NCBI GenBank assembly: GCA_035622275.1
Contig: DASPVQ010000020.1
Location: 86,067 to 150,066 of the forward strand
Reading direction: 5' to 3'
DNA length: 64,000 nucleotides
Source: Thermoplasmata archaeon
Lineage (GTDB): Archaea > Thermoplasmatota > Thermoplasmata > Lutacidiplasmatales > UBA184
Below, one piece after another: positions 62,343 to 64,000 of this stretch (position 1 is the first letter of the stretch; every line of letters starts with the position of its first letter). The position numbers were made by a program, and so were the translations under genes. Below the pieces are notes generated by a model that was not told the DNA's origin, did not search any database, and saw nothing but the letters and a program-made list of their open reading frames with translations.

Positions 62343-64000
62343 CATGATGGCAGGGAACACGCCGATTCTGGTGCTGCGAGAGGGAACGAAGCGGGAGAAG
62401 GGGCGCGGAGCGCTCACGAACAACATCCAGGCCGCGAAGGCGATCGCCGATGCCGTGCGCTCGACGCTCGGCCCGCGCGGACTGGACAAGATGCTGGTCG
62501 ACTCGATGGGCGACGTCGTCGTCACGAACGACGGGGTCACGATCCTCAAGGAGATGGACGTCGAGCATCCCGCCGCGAAGATGCTGGTCGAAGTGGCCAA
62601 GACCCAGGACCAGGAGGCCGGGGACGGGACGACCACGGCCGTCGTTCTCGCCGGTGAGCTGCTGAAGCGCGCCGAGTCCCTCGTCGAACAGAACATCCAC
62701 CCCACGATCATCTCGCAAGGCTACCGCCTCGCCTCGCGCAAGGCGCTCGAGATCCTCAACCAGGTCAGCCAGCCGGTCGGCACCAACGACCTCGACACGC
62801 TCCGGCGGATCGCGGTCACCTCGATGGCCTCGAAGTCGGTCTCGTTCAACCGCGAGTCTCTCGGCGAGATCGCGGTCAAGGCGGTGAGCGCGGTCGCCGA
62901 GAAGAAGGGCGACGGCCACTATGTCGATCTCGACAACATCCAGTTGATCAAGAAGCAGGGCGGCCAGATCTCCGACACGTCCCTGATCGAGGGCGTCATC
63001 GTGGACAAGGAGAAGGTCCACGCGGGTATGCCCCCACGCGTCGAGAACCCGAAGATCGCGCTGCTCGATGCCGCGCTCGAGATCAAGAAGACCGAGATCG
63101 ACGCCAAGATCGAGATCAACGACCCGAGCCAGCTGAACGCGTTCCTCCAGGAGGAGGAGAACATGCTGCACCGCATGGTCGAGACCGTGAAGAAGGCGGG
63201 AGCGAACGTCGTGCTCTGCCAGAAGGGGATCGACGACCTCGCCCAGCACTACCTCGCGAAGGAGGGGATCTTCGCGGTCCGCCGCGTCAAGAAGTCCGAC
63301 ATGGAGAAGCTCGCCAAGGCGACCGGGGCGAACATCGTCTCGAAGGTCAGCGAGCTGACCGCCTCGGACCTCGGCGCCGCCGCGCTCGTCGAGGAGCGCA
63401 AGATCGGCGAGGATTCGCTCACGTTCGTCACGGGAGCGAAGAAGGCCAAGGCCGTCTCGATCCTCATCCGCGGCGGCACGGAGCACGTGCTGGACGAGAT
63501 CGAGCGCTCGCTCGATGACGCGCTCAACGTGGTCGCGGTCGCGGTCGAGGACGGGCGGTACGTCATCGGCGGCGGCGCGACGGCGGCGGAGCTCGCGCTC
63601 CACCTGCGCGACGAGGCGGCGAAGATCGGGGGCCGCGAGCAGCTCGCGTTCGAGAGCTTCTCGGAGGCGCTCGAGACCATCCCGCGCACGCTCGCGGAGA
63701 ACGCCGGGCTCGACCCGATCGACATCGTGATCGAGCTGCGCAAGGCCCACAAGAGCGGTCACACGAACGCGGGCGTCAACGTCCAGTCCGGCAAGGTCGA
63801 CGACATGGCGGCGCTCCACGTCCTGGAGCCGATCCGGGTCGGACGCCAGGCGATCGAGAGCGCCACCGACGCGGCGGTCATGATCCTGCGGATCGACGAC
63901 GTCATCGCGTCCAAGTCCTCGCCCCCTCCCTCCGGCGGCCCGGGCGGCCCCGGCGGTGGCGGCATGGGCGGCATGGGTGGCATGGGCGGCGGCGACTTCG
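62343..64000 (+). CDS. ths: Thermosome subunit (group II chaperonin), 3' end beyond the window
   Basis: The N-terminus is [17 protein letters not shown]...LGPRGLDKM. The block [15 protein letters not shown] and a C-terminal [12 protein letters not shown] tail are present. The frame is open to the window end. The gene is not in the supplied ORF list because no stop lies inside the window. Confidence 0.9.

Noticed and set aside
62302-63819. 505-aa minus-strand ORF
   Set aside because: It is antisense to the clearly conserved thermosome gene and is Arg/Asp/Leu-rich. It is a high-GC antisense artefact.
1-64000. rRNA genes, RNase P RNA, SRP RNA
   Set aside because: No stretches with the characteristic conserved rRNA or ncRNA sequence blocks were seen. 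Only the two tRNAs are supported.

Overview
This window is a high-GC (about 68-70%) archaeal chromosome segment. The evidence is TFB, aIF5B, a group II thermosome with a GGM-repeat tail, prefoldin beta, a KEOPS Pcc1-like protein, a NOG1 GTPase, TruD, GGPP synthase and UPP synthase, and two tRNAs with archaeal features. Proteins are not hyper-acidic, so a halophile is unlikely. Most of the window is densely packed housekeeping and transport genes. Many are translationally coupled through ATGA/GTGA start-stop overlaps. Several genes look leaderless with a TATA box near -27, while the led genes carry GGAGG-like SD sequences.

The clearest accessory signal lies 3' of tRNA-Gln(UUG). The last 16-18 nt of the tRNA recur as direct repeats at 16179 and 18068. 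These repeats bound two tandem, lower-GC islets with no recognisable integrase. Islet A carries an RHH-RelE/ParE pair, a VOC protein, an SRPBCC protein and an HxlR regulator. Islet B carries a beta-lactamase-fold serine hydrolase and is followed by about 1.1 kb of ORF-less DNA.

Other points of interest:
- A tRNA-Asp(GUC) gene interrupted by a 34-nt non-canonical intron inside the T-loop.
- An operon pairing an intact and a Walker-A-degenerate KaiC/RecA-like ATPase with a Y-family DNA polymerase.
- A stand-alone AsnB-C-terminal-like PP-loop enzyme clustered with QueC.
- NAD kinase overlapping an IMPase-family gene, a split version of the fused methanogen NADK/NADP-phosphatase.
- A B12-binding radical SAM enzyme with an upstream HTH-CBS regulator.
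- A NikR-NicO nickel module with candidate operator repeats.

No CRISPR array, rRNA or integrase was found. All calls are by eye from motifs and gene order and need homology searches to confirm.
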